DNA of 64,000 nucleotides from Candidatus Poribacteria bacterium (GTDB taxonomy: Bacteria > Poribacteria > WGA-4E > WGA-3G). Shown here piece after piece: positions 62,034-64,000 of this stretch. The notes beneath the pieces are model-generated. The model searched no databases and was not told where the DNA came from. It saw only the letters and a list, made by a program, of their open reading frames with translations. Location: positions 3,968,001 through 4,032,000 of the forward strand of contig OZ244048.1 in assembly GCA_965215265.1 (NCBI GenBank), given 5' to 3'. Made by a program: the position numbers and the translations under genes. Numbering within the stretch: the first letter of the stretch is position 1; every line of letters starts with the position of its first letter.

Positions 62034-62085
62034 GGCAGTCTCCAGATGTCGCTTCTCAAGGCGGCCTCGGTGCTTCTCTGAAAGC

Positions 62086-62129
62086 AAAAAAAACCAGGGG
62101 CAGCCATGTGAGGGTGGCTGCCCCTGGTT
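62086..62129 (-). terminator. Intrinsic terminator of the LRR gene
   Basis: Same hairpin and U-tract as 60514-60557. Confidence 0.85.
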
Positions 62130-62184
62130 AGGTTAGTTTAGTTTAACTTAGATTTCACTGAGTTTATTCTTCCGAGTTAAGTTG

Positions 62185-63936
62185 TTAATCTGACAGCGGC
62201 GAGATATCCGACACTTGTGTATCACTAAGATCCAGCACTTTCAAGTTGGTTAGGTCTGACAGAGGTGTGATATCCTCTACTGGCGTACCCGAGAGAGACA
62301 GCTCTACCAAGCTGGTGAGGGTTGACAGCGCTGAGATATCCGACACTTCTGTATCACTGAGATCCAGCGTTTCCAAGTTGGTGGCGTGTTCAAGTCCAGT
62401 CAAAACGCTAATGTCTGAGCCACCTAAATCTAGGCTTGTCAAGTCTAGCATATGTGCCACGGTCACAGCCGTCCCAGCGGTGATGTCGAGTTCCTCCTTG
62501 ATTTTCGCAAGGAGCGTCTCATCCGGAATGGTCACCTCGCCGCCTGTTGTATCTACTGGCACCGTCAGCGTATTCGAGGCACGGCTCAGGTTGCCCGCTA
62601 TGTCCATTGTGGCATTCTCTGGCACCCTTATTTCCACATTTCCGTCAAAACCCGACGGCGGCGTGATAGTCGCTCTGTAGACTTTGAAGGCGGAACTATG
62701 TTTCACCAACCCCAGATCATCATTCCCCGGCGCAAAACCGGGATCCCGATGGTCTAAGCCGATTAACATCGGGGCTGAAACCTGCCAATCAGCCGTGGTG
62801 GTGCCTAGTGTCACCGCGGTGCCATCTGCCTGGAGCGTAATGTCCGTCGCCTCGAAGCCTCGCGTGGTATCTGCAATCACACCATCATAGCCATTTCCAA
62901 TCCCATAATTGTAGAATAGGAATTCCACATCAAAGGACTCTGTCTGAGTGTCACGTTCGGTAACAGGCGGATTGGGCTCTGCCGCTTCAAACGGTGCAAA
63001 ATTCACATAGGCGGTGCGGTAACCCGTCTGAACATCATGAGTCCCGTCCTTGATCAGCCCGGGAATCCTCACACTCGCCCGTTTAGCATCTACTTGATAG
63101 TTAAGGCCGGTATGAATAAAAGGGTCCGTAGTCGGCGTCTTATCGTTTGAACCCAGCCGGCCAACGTAAAAGTCCTTCTGAAGCTTTAGTGAGTAGATAT
63201 TATTCGCAGAAGTTTCCCACTTATGATCAGCGAGGGTGTCCGAGACGGGGTTCGCGACGTCCTCGTCATTATCTATGATGAAATTCTCGTCATCATCATC
63301 ATACGCCTCAGCCAGCCAATTTATATTAATGCCATCGCCGAAAACGTTATCACCGTCTTGCACCGTGTATGTGAAATATACGACTTTAAGATCGGTGTCC
63401 GCATCGGTCCTTGCTGAATCATAGACGGCATTTAGCTCAGTAACCTTTTCGGGGGAGCGGAATTTCTCACCGTCAAACACTAGACCCAGGGCCGGCAGCT
63501 CGGACGTTCCATCGTGCTGGACTTTGACATCTATATCAAATGTCAACTTAAGAACGATTTCATCTGTATTACCGAAAACTTTAATCTCTAGGCCCATGGC
63601 GGGGTTGGAGTACCCGGGAGCAGTCAGAATGATGTCCCCTCTCTGTCCTGCTACTAGATCCTTCCGAGCCGCGGTTCTTCTCGCGGGATCGGTATTATCC
63701 TCCCAATCTTGATATAAATATTGCCTGCTATACGAATAGAGCGAATTGCCTGTATGTGTACCTTCACTCTCTATCTCAACCTTCTCTAACGTCGGTTTCG
63801 CTGCCTGCACAGTAGCCATCGGTGCGGCTAACATCACAACCCCGGCTATCGAAATTACAGATGAGATAAATCTGACACTCAACACGCAAATAAAATACTT
63901 AACATATAGAAGGGGGGGGTGCATTCTTCTCTTCAT
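62185..63936 (-). CDS. Secreted protein with Ig-like domain(s) and C-terminal internalin-type leucine-rich repeats
   Basis: AAGGAG RBS, signal peptide, YRATITP...VPENATMDIAGN (Big-like), IPD cap, LxxLDLSDTxVSDISxL repeats; ends abruptly within the LRRs. Confidence 0.82.
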   Translation of the reverse strand: MKRRMHPPLLYVKYFICVLSVRFISSVISIAGVVMLAAPMATVQAAKPTLEKVEIESEGTHTGNSLYSYSRQYLYQDWEDNTDPARRTAARKDLVAGQRGDIILTAPGYSNPAMGLEIKVFGNTDEIVLKLTFDIDVKVQHDGTSELPALGLVFDGEKFRSPEKVTELNAVYDSARTDADTDLKVVYFTYTVQDGDNVFGDGININWLAEAYDDDDENFIIDNDEDVANPVSDTLADHKWETSANNIYSLKLQKDFYVGRLGSNDKTPTTDPFIHTGLNYQVDAKRASVRIPGLIKDGTHDVQTGYRTAYVNFAPFEAAEPNPPVTERDTQTESFDVEFLFYNYGIGNGYDGVIADTTRGFEATDITLQADGTAVTLGTTTADWQVSAPMLIGLDHRDPGFAPGNDDLGLVKHSSAFKVYRATITPPSGFDGNVEIRVPENATMDIAGNLSRASNTLTVPVDTTGGEVTIPDETLLAKIKEELDITAGTAVTVAHMLDLTSLDLGGSDISVLTGLEHATNLETLDLSDTEVSDISALSTLTSLVELSLSGTPVEDITPLSDLTNLKVLDLSDTQVSDISPLSD

Positions 63937-64000
63937 CTTATCTAACTCCTTGTTATTCTTTATCCCGTTACGGAATAAACTTGACTTTATAGTTCGGACT

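Overview
Bacterial chromosomal window. The gene repertoire suggests Candidatus Poribacteria or a similar lineage (inference): a LamG protein ending in 'GKLTTTWAKVK', a CRTAC1/ASPIC gene next to a TPR gene, an Ig+LRR protein, and many Gfo/Idh/MocA and Zn dehydrogenases. Core and metabolic genes include a radical SAM gene, stand-alone ftsZ, ugd, iscS, an acyl-CoA ligase, hrpB, fdhD, nagA, copA, a GH2 and hisC. Defence genes are a type III R-M pair (Mod frameshifted near its 3' end) and an orphan N6-MTase. Several local duplications stand out. (1) Two tandem Rpn-like PD-(D/E)XK genes each carry a GGAGGAGG-N8-ATG internal start that would give a separate repeat-variable C-terminal protein, a candidate intragenic toxin/antitoxin defence system. 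(2) A secreted HExxH peptidase + TPR partner unit was tandemly duplicated; the second copy lost the peptidase and its TPR surface diverged. (3) A 3-kb cassette is bounded by ~89-bp direct repeats that are a consensus sigma70 promoter. (4) An uncharacterised lipoprotein domain occurs four times. (5) A LamG gene has one in-frame TGA at an expected Trp. No rRNA, tRNA, CRISPR array, integrase or transposase was recognised.
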